A stretch of DNA of 64,000 nt from Candidatus Omnitrophota bacterium (GTDB lineage Bacteria > Omnitrophota > Gorgyraeia > S143-82): NCBI GenBank assembly GCA_015494465.1, contig WGBD01000004.1, forward strand, positions 132,627 through 196,626, written 5' to 3'. Positions within the stretch are counted from its first letter, which is position 1; each line of letters begins with the position of its first letter. Under the pieces are notes generated by a model. The model saw only the letters and a list, made by a program, of their open reading frames with translations, was not told the DNA's origin and made no database searches. The translations under genes were made by a program, and so were the position numbers. Shown here in pieces: positions 1 through 9,370 of this stretch.

Positions 1-3000
1 CAGAGATGGCTACCTTTATCCCACCCAATCCCTGGCGACTGTAGTCTTCCACGATATACAGATCGAAGCCCTTTAGAGACAGGCTCCCCGTGGGGCGCTT
101 TACTGCGTAGTGGGATACCTTCCTCAAGGCCACGACCTTGCCGACATTTCTCCAGGCCCTAAGGGGTTTAAAGGCCTCCAGGGCAACCCGGTTTGGGGTC
201 AGGAGGAACAAGGCCTCCGCCTCTAATCCTTTGACCCATCGGTTACCTATCCGGTAGAACCTATCGTCCCCTGGATCTGGTAGCTCCATCCTGACAGGTA
301 GCACCCAACCTGCCAATCTCTCCCTCGTTGGGAGCCCTAGCCCGTACACCAGCAGGCCTCCCTCCGGAGAGACCCGCCCCACCTCGTTCACCTTCAGACG
401 CCCGAGCCCTCGCTGGGGGCCTGCTTCCTCTCGAGATCTTCCTCTAGTCCATCCCCTCAACTCCACCCGACGCCTGGGTAAGGCCAACTTCTCGGTCTTG
501 AAGGCAGGGAACTTCAGGTGCTCTACTGCCAAGGCGAATACGGGGTGCATACCGGTGAAGTCCTTTTCAGGATGCGGTGCGGTGATCTCACCCGCCGGCC
601 CACGAATCGGGGACCTAAACGCCAGGAGGCCTGCCCCCTTGGGATTGTCCAGATAGAGGACCGGGAGGGTCCTCCCAGCGACCACGATCGGTATGTAAAC
701 GAGCCTTTGACCTTTGTGTACGAGGACACTGGGGGAGAAGGGCGTACTGGTCGGACCTTCTCCCGCCCGGTAGCTGGTGTAGATCCGGCGCAAGACCGGG
801 GCCAGGTTAAGGGTCTCCCGCTTCCCCAGAGAGACCAACCGCCCCTCGTAAAGCAGGCCTCGACCTTCGGGCGTAAGGCGCCAACCGATCACTTTACCGC
901 GTCCCCTTACCTCCTCCACCCTAGCAGAAGTGCTGAACCAGCGAGGATAGCGGGAAAAGACCGTGGGGAGGCCGGTCAGAGGCAGGTTAGATCGGCCTAT
1001 CTCCTCCACGCCCACCACCTCTGGATTCATCTTCTGGTAGGCGACATCCACGACCTTATCCGGGTCCAAGCGGGGATTTATAGCCACATACCACCTACCC
1101 ACACCGTCCTTGGAGAGCAGGTAGGGCATACCCGGAGGAGCGGACAACGAACCACCCGGTCCCGCTATCCTAGGCCTGTCGGGATAGTGGTAGATCCAGA
1201 ACCTCCTATCCCCTAACCGGCGCGCAGTGATCTTAACCGGAGACAGGGACTTATCTGAGAAGGTGAATCTCCCCTTTCCCCGGTCGAATCGACCGTAGGC
1301 CAGGTAGAAGTAGTTGAAGACATCTCTTTTGCCCTCGACTCGGTAGAAGTCGGGGACGAGCTTCCGGACGCCATTCCGATCAACGGCCACTACCTCTCTG
1401 CCCCAATCGAACGGGCTCTTATCGGTGGAGTTGTCCACGAGGACCCGTACCTCTTTGACATCTTTGCCCAAGCGCTCTATTCTCTCCGGGAACAGGTAGG
1501 CCAGCACGATCTGATCCGTCGATGGCCTGCTAGCTTTGGACAACCGACGGGCGTAATCTATACGGATCTGCCCAGAATTCGCCTTTAATAGGAGCCCGTT
1601 AGGGGTCTCCTCTAGCTTCACCGGCACCTTAGGACGGGGCAGGGACGCAGGAAGCGGTTTCTTCAGGAGGGCAGACCTTACGGTCATAAGGGTAAGCATC
1701 CTTTCTTTATAGTGATCCGGGACTGGATGCCTGGTAGCGAAGAGCAGATCCACGGGCAAGGCGTAATCCCAGCTATTCTTTTGGATCCTGACGAATCTCA
1801 CCCCGCTGGAGACGATCGCACGCACATCATAAATGTCCCGGGTAAAGTCGAAGAATCGAGGCAGGAAGTCCCTCACATCCACGATGGCCTTGGTCCTGGC
1901 ATCCGGTATCAACATCTGGGCTAAGGCATCAGCGCGTTCAGCCAACTGCTCCCGTCTCCCCACCGTCACCCGCAGATCTCTCCCCGGATAGCTCACCAAC
2001 AGACCTCGAGAGGCCTCGTCGACGACCGCCAATATCCGCGTGCGGGTAACGGGATCCATTGCGGAAAAGGCCCACAGGTCCCCAGCCCGATTGGTAAGCT
2101 CCCAAGTCACCAGCCGATCGTCCTGGTGTAGGCGGTTTATCGCCTTCACCACCGTAGAGTCACCCTTTGCGGAGATAGCCCCTCGATCCAGGTCCACCCC
2201 AACCGCCTGATTGAGGGCGTCGAACTCCCTAGATAGGAACCTATTGGTATTGGGATTGTAAAGCAGTCGCACCATGTAGGAGCTATCCCACGGATTGCGG
2301 TTCACATAGAGGGGATGGAGCTCCATCAACCCTGAGCGTTTGTAGCCCTCCATAATAAACCTCTGGTCCTTAAACTGCAACCTTCGATAAGACCTCTCCC
2401 CTCCTACCAGCCTTCCCAGAGGTCCCCACTCCAGGGCAGACTCGAGCCCAGTTAGCGCAGAGGATTCCAGTAGATTGGCCTGACGAGAATAGAGATAAGA
2501 GCGATAGTCGTAGAGTATCCTGACATCCCTCCAATCCCCGCCTTTTAGATCCTTCACCTTTCTCACATTGAAGGGATAGTCCAACAGCCCCCAATCCCTC
2601 CAGCTGTCCAGCTCCAGTGCGGTATAGGCGTACTCTGATGCGTACGGCCCCTGACCCAACTGGAAGAACTGGGCGACCTCGTTCCTACTGCAAGCCAAAG
2701 CGTACTCCTTGAACCCAGGGCTGTTGAGGACTGCCTCTGCCAGATTCTGGACCGGCCTGCCTCGCCAGGCGTCGTAAGGCAGTTTTAGCATGTGCAAGAG
2801 AGACGAATGCCTATAGAACTCCCGCCCGAAGCGGGTCTCTTCTATCCCGTCGAGACCTGCTTTGATTCCAGCCCCTAGGGCGTATAGGGTGTCCGCCACC
2901 GCAAAGCCGAATAAGGACCGATTGAGAGGATCGTCTATTCCCACCGCGTCCGCCAACTCGTTTAGGCCCAAGGCGATACCTGCCTTGGCCAACGAGGAAC

Positions 3001-4474
3001 TAAATGTCCTAACGAGGTCCTGTCGCCTGCCGTAGAGCGTAGCGTAAGTAGCGCTAGTGAGGATCGGGCTGAGGTACTGGGAGTACTGCAAGGCCTTCTT
3101 GCTTCCGGTGAGCTTGGCCAGCCCGATGGAGCTCCCGACCACGACAGCGGTAGGCAAGGCCTGATACACCGCCTCCCGCAAAGAGAACCATCCTGCGGAC
3201 AGGCCAGAGATTCCCTCGAGGTTGACATCGTCTATTCCCAAGATCCTACCGACCGGATCGGAATAGAGGTGGGATGTAGTGGAGATCTCCTGGCCCAGAT
3301 CCTCCAATCCCAGACGGGAGTAGAGATCGGTAGAGGAGAAGAGGGCAGAGCTAATACCGCTCGCGACTATCCCTGCAGACAGAGAGGTCAACATGCGAGC
3401 ACCGTATCTGGTGATCGCGCTGTCGTACTTGGAGTAGTCAAACAACGCCTTCTCCAACCCCACGCTGACCCCAGCGGTAAGTGCTCCCCGCAGTGATCCC
3501 ACCCCCAATCCCTGGAAAAATCCCTTTAGACCACCCTTAAAGGCCCACTTGTGCCCGAGGAAGGAGACCTTGGCCCCCATCGACCCCGCCAAGGCGGTGC
3601 GAAACGCGGTGCTAGAGAGCATACTCGAGAATTGGACCAGCGCAGGGCTCGCGCCTGCGCTCTGGAGGAGTTCTCCTGCGATGTTGGAAAGGTTACCCGC
3701 TATCAGGCTGGTAGTGAAGCTTTGGGAAAAACTGAGACCGGAGACCGGGAAGAAGGTAGCCCCCACGAAGGCGGATCCCAAACTCAATCCCAAGGACTTT
3801 AGGGTGTCCTTAAACGATGTCCCAGGGAGGAGCTCGTCTATGTCCAGGGCATCTTTTGGCCCTTCGCGTCTGTAGCCACCTCTTATCCGACCGGGGGACT
3901 CTATGGGTCCTATACCCTCGACGATCACCCATCCTGACCAGGTTTCCAGAAATTCCTTCCAGGCCAGTCCCCGCTCCTCTCCCCCGTCCCACACCCATAT
4001 CTTATCAGGGCCCACCCTTTCGACTACCAGATAATGGGCCGGGGACATGTGGACCAAAAACCGCAGAGAATCGTGAATCCTCTCTCGGAGGAATCCCCTC
4101 TTATCCCTAACCCTAAAGAGGCTCAAGGGGCGTCTGTGCTTCAGGGCCAAGAGGTAGACCGAGGACAAGAGCACGCTGAAAGGATCCCGATCCCCAACCC
4201 GTCTGTCGAGCTGATCCAAGAACAGGGCAGTTTCCTTATCATCCAAACCCAGGAATCTGGCCAAGGCCTGAGAGGCACAATTGGACCTCACCGAGTGATC
4301 CCCAAAAATCACCGGACGCCCCGGTCCCCTTAACGAATAAGACGATGTCCAGGCGATCTGATCAAAGGCCAAGAGCAGGGCCATCGACAGACACAAGGCC
4401 CTCTCCAACAGCCCGGATCTATAGGACGAAGACACCCCGCTTGCGATTTTTTCTTTTTCCCTCATCTCGAGCAT
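1..4474 (-). CDS. Giant hypothetical protein (over 1490 aa, 3' end beyond the left window edge). The N-terminus is a papain-like C39-like cysteine peptidase domain (Peptidase_C39_2/BtrH-like), followed by a long Gly/Ser/Ala/Leu-rich region.
   Basis: Hand translation of the minus strand from ATG 4474 (MLEMREKEK; second ATG at 4465) runs to position 1 with no stop. It is absent from the ORF track because there is no in-window stop. An in-frame TAG lies just upstream of ATG 4474. Motifs ...HSVRSNCASQALARFLG... (candidate catalytic Cys) and ...AHYLVVERVGPDKIWVWDGG... (candidate catalytic His) resemble C39-like peptidases. Confidence 0.6.
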   Translation of the reverse strand, partial: MLEMREKEKIASGVSSSYRSGLLERALCLSMALLLAFDQIAWTSSYSLRGPGRPVIFGDHSVRSNCASQALARFLGLDDKETALFLDQLDRRVGDRDPFSVLLSSVYLLALKHRRPLSLFRVRDKRGFLRERIHDSLRFLVHMSPAHYLVVERVGPDKIWVWDGGEERGLAWKEFLETWSGWVIVEGIGPIESPGRIRGGYRREGPKDALDIDELLPGTSFKDTLKSLGLSLGSAFVGATFFPVSGLSFSQSFTTSLIAGNLSNIAGELLQSAGASPALVQFSSMLSSTAFRTALAGSMGAKVSFLGHKWAFKGGLKGFFQGLGVGSLRGALTAGVSVGLEKALFDYSKYDSAITRYGARMLTSLSAGIVASGISSALFSSTDLYSRLGLEDLGQEISTTSHLYSDPVGRILGIDDVNLEGISGLSAGWFSLREAVYQALPTAVVVGSSIGLAKLTGSKKALQYSQYLSPILTSATYATLYGRRQDLVRTFSSSLAKAGIALGLNELADAVGIDDPLNRSLFGFAVADTLYALGAGIKAGLDGIEETRFGREFYRHSSLLHMLKLPYDAWRGRPVQNLAEAVLNSPGFKEYALACSRNEVAQFFQLGQGPYASEYAYTALELDSWRDWGLLDYPFNVRKVKDLKGGDWRDVRILYDYRSYLYSRQANLLESSALTGLESALEWGPLGRLVGGERSYRRLQFKDQRFIMEGYKRSGLMELHPLYVNRNPWDSSYMVRLLYNPNTNRFLSREFDALNQAVGVDLDRGAISAKGDSTVVKAINRLHQDDRLVTWELTNRAGDLWAFSAMDPVTRTRILAVVDEASRGLLVSYPGRDLRVTVGRREQLAERADALAQMLIPDARTKAIVDVRDFLPRFFDFTRDIYDVRAIVSSGVRFVRIQKNSWDYALPVDLLFATRHPVPDHYKERMLTLMTVRSALLKKPLPASLPRPKVPVKLEETPNGLLLKANSGQIRIDYARRLSKASRPSTDQIVLAYLFPERIERLGKDVKEVRVLVDNSTDKSPFDWGREVVAVDRNGVRKLVPDFYRVEGKRDVFNYFYLAYGRFDRGKGRFTFSDKSLSPVKITARRLGDRRFWIYHYPDRPRIAGPGGSLSAPPGMPYLLSKDGVGRWYVAINPRLDPDKVVDVAYQKMNPEVVGVEEIGRSNLPLTGLPTVFSRYPRWFSTSARVEEVRGRGKVIGWRLTPEGRGLLYEGRLVSLGKRETLNLAPVLRRIYTSYRAGEGPTSTPFSPSVLVHKGQRLVYIPIVVAGRTLPVLYLDNPKGAGLLAFRSPIRGPAGEITAPHPEKDFTGMHPVFALAVEHLKFPAFKTEKLALPRRRVELRGWTRGRSREEAGPQRGLGRLKVNEVGRVSPEGGLLVYGLGLPTRERLAGWVLPVRMELPDPGDDRFYRIGNRWVKGLEAEALFLLTPNRVALEAFKPLRAWRNVGKVVALRKVSHYAVKRPTGSLSLKGFDLYIVEDYSRQGLGGIKVAIS

Positions 4475-4627
4475 TGGGTATAATCTCTAATCAGCAAGCA
4501 AATTCTTGATTAACATTTTAAAATCTTTAAATAATATCACAGTCCGAGGCCGTTTTCAAGTCGGCTCCGCCTCCGCTTCCCTAATTCCTTGACAACCAAC
4601 GACCTATGTGATAGGCTAGACTCGCAT

Positions 4628-5188
4628 ATGGATCCCGAAACCCACAAGAAAGTCCTGTCCAAGTCCATAGAGGCCCTCAAGTCTGGGCACAGGGCCTATG
4701 CAGTGGCCCTTCTCAAGTCCCTGCTCAAGGAAAATCCCGACGACATCTCCGCAAGGAAACTCCTATTCAAGGCCCTCCAGGAAAGTACAGGGGTCTCGCG
4801 CACGAACAAGCTCCAGTCCTACTTCCTCAAGCTAAAGGCGGAAAAGGTGCTCAGCTCAGGCCAGACCCGCAGGGCCTTGGAATTACTCCAGCAGGCCTTG
4901 GAGCTAAACCCCTTAAATGTCTCAATAATCGTGGCCATAACCGAGATACTCTCCACCCACAATCCTCAGGCGGTGGAACTCCTCGAGAGCATAGATGTCG
5001 AACACATACAGGACACAAACCTGCTCAAACGAATAGCCAGGGCCTACCTAAACGCCAAGCACCTGCCGATGGCAAAGAAGGTATTGAAACGGATACTAAT
5101 AGTCCAACCCGCAGACCTGGAGTCGCAGAAGATGCTGAAGAACCTCGAGGCCCTGGATGTGTTAGAGAGGGAGTTCAAATCGCCCTGA
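4628..5188 (+). CDS. TPR-repeat protein. It is the only convincing plus-strand gene and is divergent from the giant gene.
   Basis: ORF 4589..5188 (TTG start); ATG at 4628 is the more likely start. Helical repeats (ALLKSLLKENPDD..., ALELLQQALELNP...) are typical of TPR proteins. Stop is TGA. Confidence 0.55.
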   Translation: MDPETHKKVLSKSIEALKSGHRAYAVALLKSLLKENPDDISARKLLFKALQESTGVSRTNKLQSYFLKLKAEKVLSSGQTRRALELLQQALELNPLNVSIIVAITEILSTHNPQAVELLESIDVEHIQDTNLLKRIARAYLNAKHLPMAKKVLKRILIVQPADLESQKMLKNLEALDVLEREFKSP

Positions 5189-6299
5189 GGAGTACCCCTA
5201 CCGCGAAGAGGTTTACCACCTGGGCGGTCCCACCGTAGCTCACGAAAGGCAGAGGCAGACCCTTTGGAGGTAGCATCCCAAGATTTACGCCGAGGTTGAT
5301 GATCGTCTCTATGGCGAATAGGGACATGATCCCCACTATCAGCAGTTTTCTAAAGGGGTCCCTCTGCTGTAGCCCCGCCCCGAAACCCTGCACGAAAAGG
5401 TAGAAAAACAGAGCCAGGACCAGGAAGGTTCCCAAAAGCCCCAGCTCTTCGCCTATCACCGCAAATATAAAGTCGGTGTGAGAGGCGGGCAGATAAAAGA
5501 GCTTCTGCAGACCCTGCCCCAATCCCCTACCCACGAGTCCACCCGCGCCCAGGGCGATCTGAGACTGGATGATCTGATACCCCGCATCTCGAGGGTCTGC
5601 CCAGGGATTGAGAAAGGCCAATATGCGTTTTCGGCGATAGCCCGCGGATAAGACGAGGATCGAGACCACCGGTAAGGAGATCAGGAGCAGAGAGATTAGG
5701 TGGGAGAGCCTAAACCCCGCAGTCCACATCAGACAAAACAGGGCCCCTGCGCAGACGACGGTGGTCCCCAGATCCGGTTCTAGTAGGACGAGCCCTGCCA
5801 TCACTCCAAATACGATAAACACGGGGAACATCTCCCTTATGTCCACCAGCAGGCTGTTCTTCTCTTCCATCTTCCGAGAGAAGAGGTCTGCGGAGTACAT
5901 CAACAAGAAGAGCTTGGCCAGCTCAGAGGGCTGGAAGTTTATTCCCCCCAAAGATAGCCATCGCCGCGCCCCTCCCACCTGTTTACCTATACCTGGGACC
6001 AGTACCAGGCCCAACAACCCCAGGACCACCAGCATGCCCCACTTCCCGTACCTCCTCCAGAAGTCAATGGGGATCTTGTAGCCCAGCAACATCGCCAAGA
6101 TCCCCAAGAGAGAGAAGGCCAGCTGTCTCTTAAAGTAGAAGGCCGGATCACCGTTGTAGGCCTGGGCGTAGGCGAAACTGCTAGAATAGACCATGACTAT
6201 CCCCACCCCTAGGAGGGCAAAAACGGTCCCCAAGATCCTCTTACGGAAGAGGTCCGAATCAGTCCCGCTTATGCGCCAGAGCCTCTGCGACCAGCTCAT
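5175..6299 (-). CDS. ftsW: FtsW, the SEDS-family peptidoglycan glycosyltransferase of cell division (FtsW/RodA/SpoVE).
   Basis: Typical multi-transmembrane SEDS sequence, and it lies immediately downstream of murD. The ORF extends to 6386 but the likely start is MSWSQRLW at about 6299. Stop is TGA. Confidence 0.8.
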   Translation of the reverse strand: MSWSQRLWRISGTDSDLFRKRILGTVFALLGVGIVMVYSSSFAYAQAYNGDPAFYFKRQLAFSLLGILAMLLGYKIPIDFWRRYGKWGMLVVLGLLGLVLVPGIGKQVGGARRWLSLGGINFQPSELAKLFLLMYSADLFSRKMEEKNSLLVDIREMFPVFIVFGVMAGLVLLEPDLGTTVVCAGALFCLMWTAGFRLSHLISLLLISLPVVSILVLSAGYRRKRILAFLNPWADPRDAGYQIIQSQIALGAGGLVGRGLGQGLQKLFYLPASHTDFIFAVIGEELGLLGTFLVLALFFYLFVQGFGAGLQQRDPFRKLLIVGIMSLFAIETIINLGVNLGMLPPKGLPLPFVSYGGTAQVVNLFAVGVLLRAI

Positions 6300-7500
6300 C
6301 GAAGACCCTTCCCCTTTCCTCGTAATTCTTAAACTCGTCGAAGCTGGAACACATGGGGGAAAACAACAAGACATCACCGGATTCAACGACCGAAAGCGCC
6401 TTTACCACCGCCTCCCTCAGGTTTTTTGCCGGTAGCAACTTTTCAGCCCCCATCGAAGACAAAGCGGACGATATCCTCGTCCGTGCAGGTCCGCAGGTCA
6501 CGACCTTCCGAATCCGGTCCGCCCAAGGGAGGATCCAATGATAAGGGCTGTCTTTCTTGTCCTTGCCACCACAGATCAACACGATGCGCCTATCGGGATG
6601 GTCTCTGACGACCCGCTTCAAGGCCCAAACGGTAGAGGCAGGGTTGGTCGCCTTTGAATCGTTTATCACTACTAAATCGTCCAGTTCCTTTTCACTGGCA
6701 CGATAACGAAGCGGAGCGAAGTTCTCCATGGCCCGATCCCAGTCCAGCCCTATCCCCAAAGACCTGCAGAGGGCAACCACCCCTGCTTGATTGTCGTCCC
6801 ACCTATCGTTCGCCTGAAACCAACTCACTCCCGGGATCGAGACCCCCATCAATACCTCGTCAGACGAATTTAGGAACGCAAATCTCTTTTCCTTCATCCT
6901 AGATATCGGAGAAAGCTTGGCGGAGATGTACTCTTCCATGTCCCTGTGCCAATCAAGGTGATCCGGGGTGATGTTGGTGATCAGGAAACGATCCGGGGTA
7001 AAGGTGCGGGAGGAAAATAGTTGAAAGGAACTGGCCTCCACAACTGCCACCTCGCTGTCCCCGTCTAAAATACTCACGAAGGGCACGCCGATGTTCCCGC
7101 ACTCCCTGGCCCTAATACCTGCCTTGCGCAGGAGATGGGCAGTGAGGCAGACGCTAGTGCTCTTTCCATTGGTACCGGTGATGCAGACGACCCTCCCTGA
7201 GAAGAAGTCTTGGGCCAGGTCCAGTTCGGAGCACATCTTGTCTTGAAGCTCACGAGGAAAGGAGTCCGGGCGGATGGATGGACTCAGGACTATCCGCTCT
7301 GCCCGAGAAAGGAATTCCCAGCTGTGCCCGCCTACCTCCCACTCCGCCTCTGCCTTCTCTAATAATTCGATCAGGTCCTCTTCCAAGGAGGGAGCGGAGG
7401 TAGACAACGCGAATCTGATCTTCCGCCTGGCAAAGAACGAGGCCAGTGCTCGGGCAGTGATCCCGGATCCAAGTATCAAGAAGTCCCAACGACCTTTCAT
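6259..7500 (-). CDS. murD: UDP-N-acetylmuramoylalanine--D-glutamate ligase (MurD).
   Basis: Mur ligase features (GITGTNGKSTS P-loop) and an NAD-binding-like N-terminus. Its ATG overlaps the mraY stop (ATGA). Confidence 0.85.
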   Translation of the reverse strand: MKGRWDFLILGSGITARALASFFARRKIRFALSTSAPSLEEDLIELLEKAEAEWEVGGHSWEFLSRAERIVLSPSIRPDSFPRELQDKMCSELDLAQDFFSGRVVCITGTNGKSTSVCLTAHLLRKAGIRARECGNIGVPFVSILDGDSEVAVVEASSFQLFSSRTFTPDRFLITNITPDHLDWHRDMEEYISAKLSPISRMKEKRFAFLNSSDEVLMGVSIPGVSWFQANDRWDDNQAGVVALCRSLGIGLDWDRAMENFAPLRYRASEKELDDLVVINDSKATNPASTVWALKRVVRDHPDRRIVLICGGKDKKDSPYHWILPWADRIRKVVTCGPARTRISSALSSMGAEKLLPAKNLREAVVKALSVVESGDVLLFSPMCSSFDEFKNYEERGRVFDELVAEALAHKRD

Positions 7501-8588
7501 CGCAGTTTAAGGCTGGCCAGAGACAGTATCGCCAAGAGCACCGAGACGATCCAGAACCTGACTATCACCTTCACCTCGTGCTGTCCTCCCACCTGAAAGT
7601 GGTGATGAATAGGAGCCACCTTGAACGGACGCTTGCGAAAGAGGCGATATCCCGCAACCTGCAATATCACCGAAAGGGCCTCTGCCACGAATATACCCCC
7701 CGCCAGGATCAACAACACCTCCTGCTTCACGAACAAGGCCACCGCCCCTATCAGTCCCCCCAGGGCAAGGGCACCGACATCCCCCATAAAGACCTCTGCC
7801 GGGTAGGCATTATACCACAGGTACCCCAATCCTACCCCAAACAAGCCTGCACACATGACCGCAACTTCTCCTACCCCCTTCACATAAGGCACGAACAGAT
7901 AGGTAGCCAATCGATAGTGGCCGGCTACATAGGCCAGACCGGCGTAAGTCAGGGCCACCATGATGGTGGTCCCGATGGCTAACCCGTCCATCCCGTCGGT
8001 GAGGTTCACCGCGTTGGAGGTGGCAGTGATCACCAAGGCAGACCACAACGGATAGAATACCCCTAAACCTATCACCAGGTGCTTGAAAAATGGGAAGAAT
8101 ACATCTTTGGGGAACCAGTCTTGGCCCAGCAATACGAGGCCTACTACCAGGCCCGCTACGGCCTGGTTTATCAACTTAGTGCGTTTGCTTACCCCCTTAG
8201 CAGAGTTGGTCCTCAGCTTTCGCAGGTCGTCTATGAGACCTAATAGCCCCAGGTGGAGGACGACATAGGTGCCTAACCAAGGGAATATCACCCGCCAATC
8301 CACCCACAACACCCACACCAAGAGCAATGAGACGAGTATAAATATCCCCCCCATTGTGGGTGTGGAGCGTTTGCTCTCGTGCCACTCGGATAGCTGAGGA
8401 CACTCCTTTCCATCCCGGGTAGGCTGATAGGCCTGCAAGCGCAAGAGGTATTCCTTGCCAATTCCTATTAGGTACCAGGCCACCAGGAAACCAGTCAAGG
8501 CGCTCATAAGACCCCGAAAGGATATGTAGCGGAGGACATTGAACCCGATCCATACGTCCTTAAACCGATAAAACAACCAGTAAAGCAT
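7497..8588 (-). CDS. mraY: Phospho-N-acetylmuramoyl-pentapeptide transferase (MraY).
   Basis: Multi-transmembrane protein with MraY hallmarks (NAVNLTDGMDGLA, HHHF...). Dcw-cluster context. Stop is TGA. Confidence 0.85.
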   Translation of the reverse strand: MLYWLFYRFKDVWIGFNVLRYISFRGLMSALTGFLVAWYLIGIGKEYLLRLQAYQPTRDGKECPQLSEWHESKRSTPTMGGIFILVSLLLVWVLWVDWRVIFPWLGTYVVLHLGLLGLIDDLRKLRTNSAKGVSKRTKLINQAVAGLVVGLVLLGQDWFPKDVFFPFFKHLVIGLGVFYPLWSALVITATSNAVNLTDGMDGLAIGTTIMVALTYAGLAYVAGHYRLATYLFVPYVKGVGEVAVMCAGLFGVGLGYLWYNAYPAEVFMGDVGALALGGLIGAVALFVKQEVLLILAGGIFVAEALSVILQVAGYRLFRKRPFKVAPIHHHFQVGGQHEVKVIVRFWIVSVLLAILSLASLKLR

Positions 8589-8594
8589 GCCAGT

Positions 8595-8867
8595 CTAATC
8601 CTCCTCCGGGGCTACGACATAGACTATCTCGCCTGGCCTGCCCATGCGGTACTCCCTCCTAGCCAACTCCTCAAGGGCGGATGGATCGTTTCTGAGTCTC
8701 TCAAGGCTTTCCTTGAGGTAGGCGTTCTCCTTGCGAAGCAGTCTTACCTCCTTAGAGACCTGCCTTATCTTGGCCAAGGTTAGCGAGTACCTCGAATAGG
8801 CCGGTCCAAATACGAAGATCAGGACGACCACTCCTAGCAAGACGAATAGAACCGTCCAGATCCGCAC
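8595..8867 (-). CDS. Septum formation initiator, FtsB/DivIC/FtsL-like.
   Basis: 90 aa: N-terminal transmembrane helix, then a coiled coil (LRKENAYLKESLERLRNDP), then the PGE..VYVV C-terminal motif of FtsB. Lies directly upstream of mraY. Confidence 0.65.
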   Translation of the reverse strand: MRIWTVLFVLLGVVVLIFVFGPAYSRYSLTLAKIRQVSKEVRLLRKENAYLKESLERLRNDPSALEELARREYRMGRPGEIVYVVAPEED

Positions 8868-8905
8868 CTCTTACCCCCCTTTTACCGAGACCCTCGTTCC
8901 CAGAT

Positions 8906-9370
8906 TCAGAAGCGAAAGGTCTTCTTAAAGAAGACCCCAACCTCGTCATCCGAGACCTCTATCTCGGTCTCGCCACCTACTAACCTGGAAAGATACCTCT
9001 GAAAGTCTTCTAAGCCTTCGACTGTATCCACTGCGGTATCAACGGGATAGGTTAGATACCAAAGGTGATGATCTCTGGCGATCTCTCCCCCTTTTTTGAG
9101 GGCCTCTTTACCCAATTCCTTCTTGAGCCGGGATAAGGATACCGACCTGCGCGCCTGCCTTTGCCTCTCCAGCTCCTCTTTCACCTGCTGGCGCACCTTG
9201 CCGAGGATGTCCTGATCTGCAGGGCTTAATCGTACTATGTACCTGCCTCCCCGGACGGAAACCTCTTGAGCCTGGGCCCCTGAGGAGCCCTCAGCCGAGC
9301 CTTCCACATTCCAGAGCAGGCAAACCAGAGCCATCAATAGACCGAATGTATAATGTTTTCCCTTTGCCAT
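8906..9370 (-). CDS. Secreted hypothetical protein.
   Basis: N-terminal signal peptide (MAKGKHYTFGLLMALVCLLWNVEGSA), no recognisable domain. Same operon direction as the HD-GYP gene. Confidence 0.45.
   Translation of the reverse strand: MAKGKHYTFGLLMALVCLLWNVEGSAEGSSGAQAQEVSVRGGRYIVRLSPADQDILGKVRQQVKEELERQRQARRSVSLSRLKKELGKEALKKGGEIARDHHLWYLTYPVDTAVDTVEGLEDFQRYLSRLVGGETEIEVSDDEVGVFFKKTFRF

Noticed and set aside
518-1216. 232-aa plus-strand ORF (and other plus-strand ORFs at 3269-4333) inside the left-edge region.
   Set aside because: They lie antisense to a continuous stop-free minus-strand frame of about 1490 codons that has recognisable domain motifs. They are shadow ORFs typical of GC-rich coding DNA.
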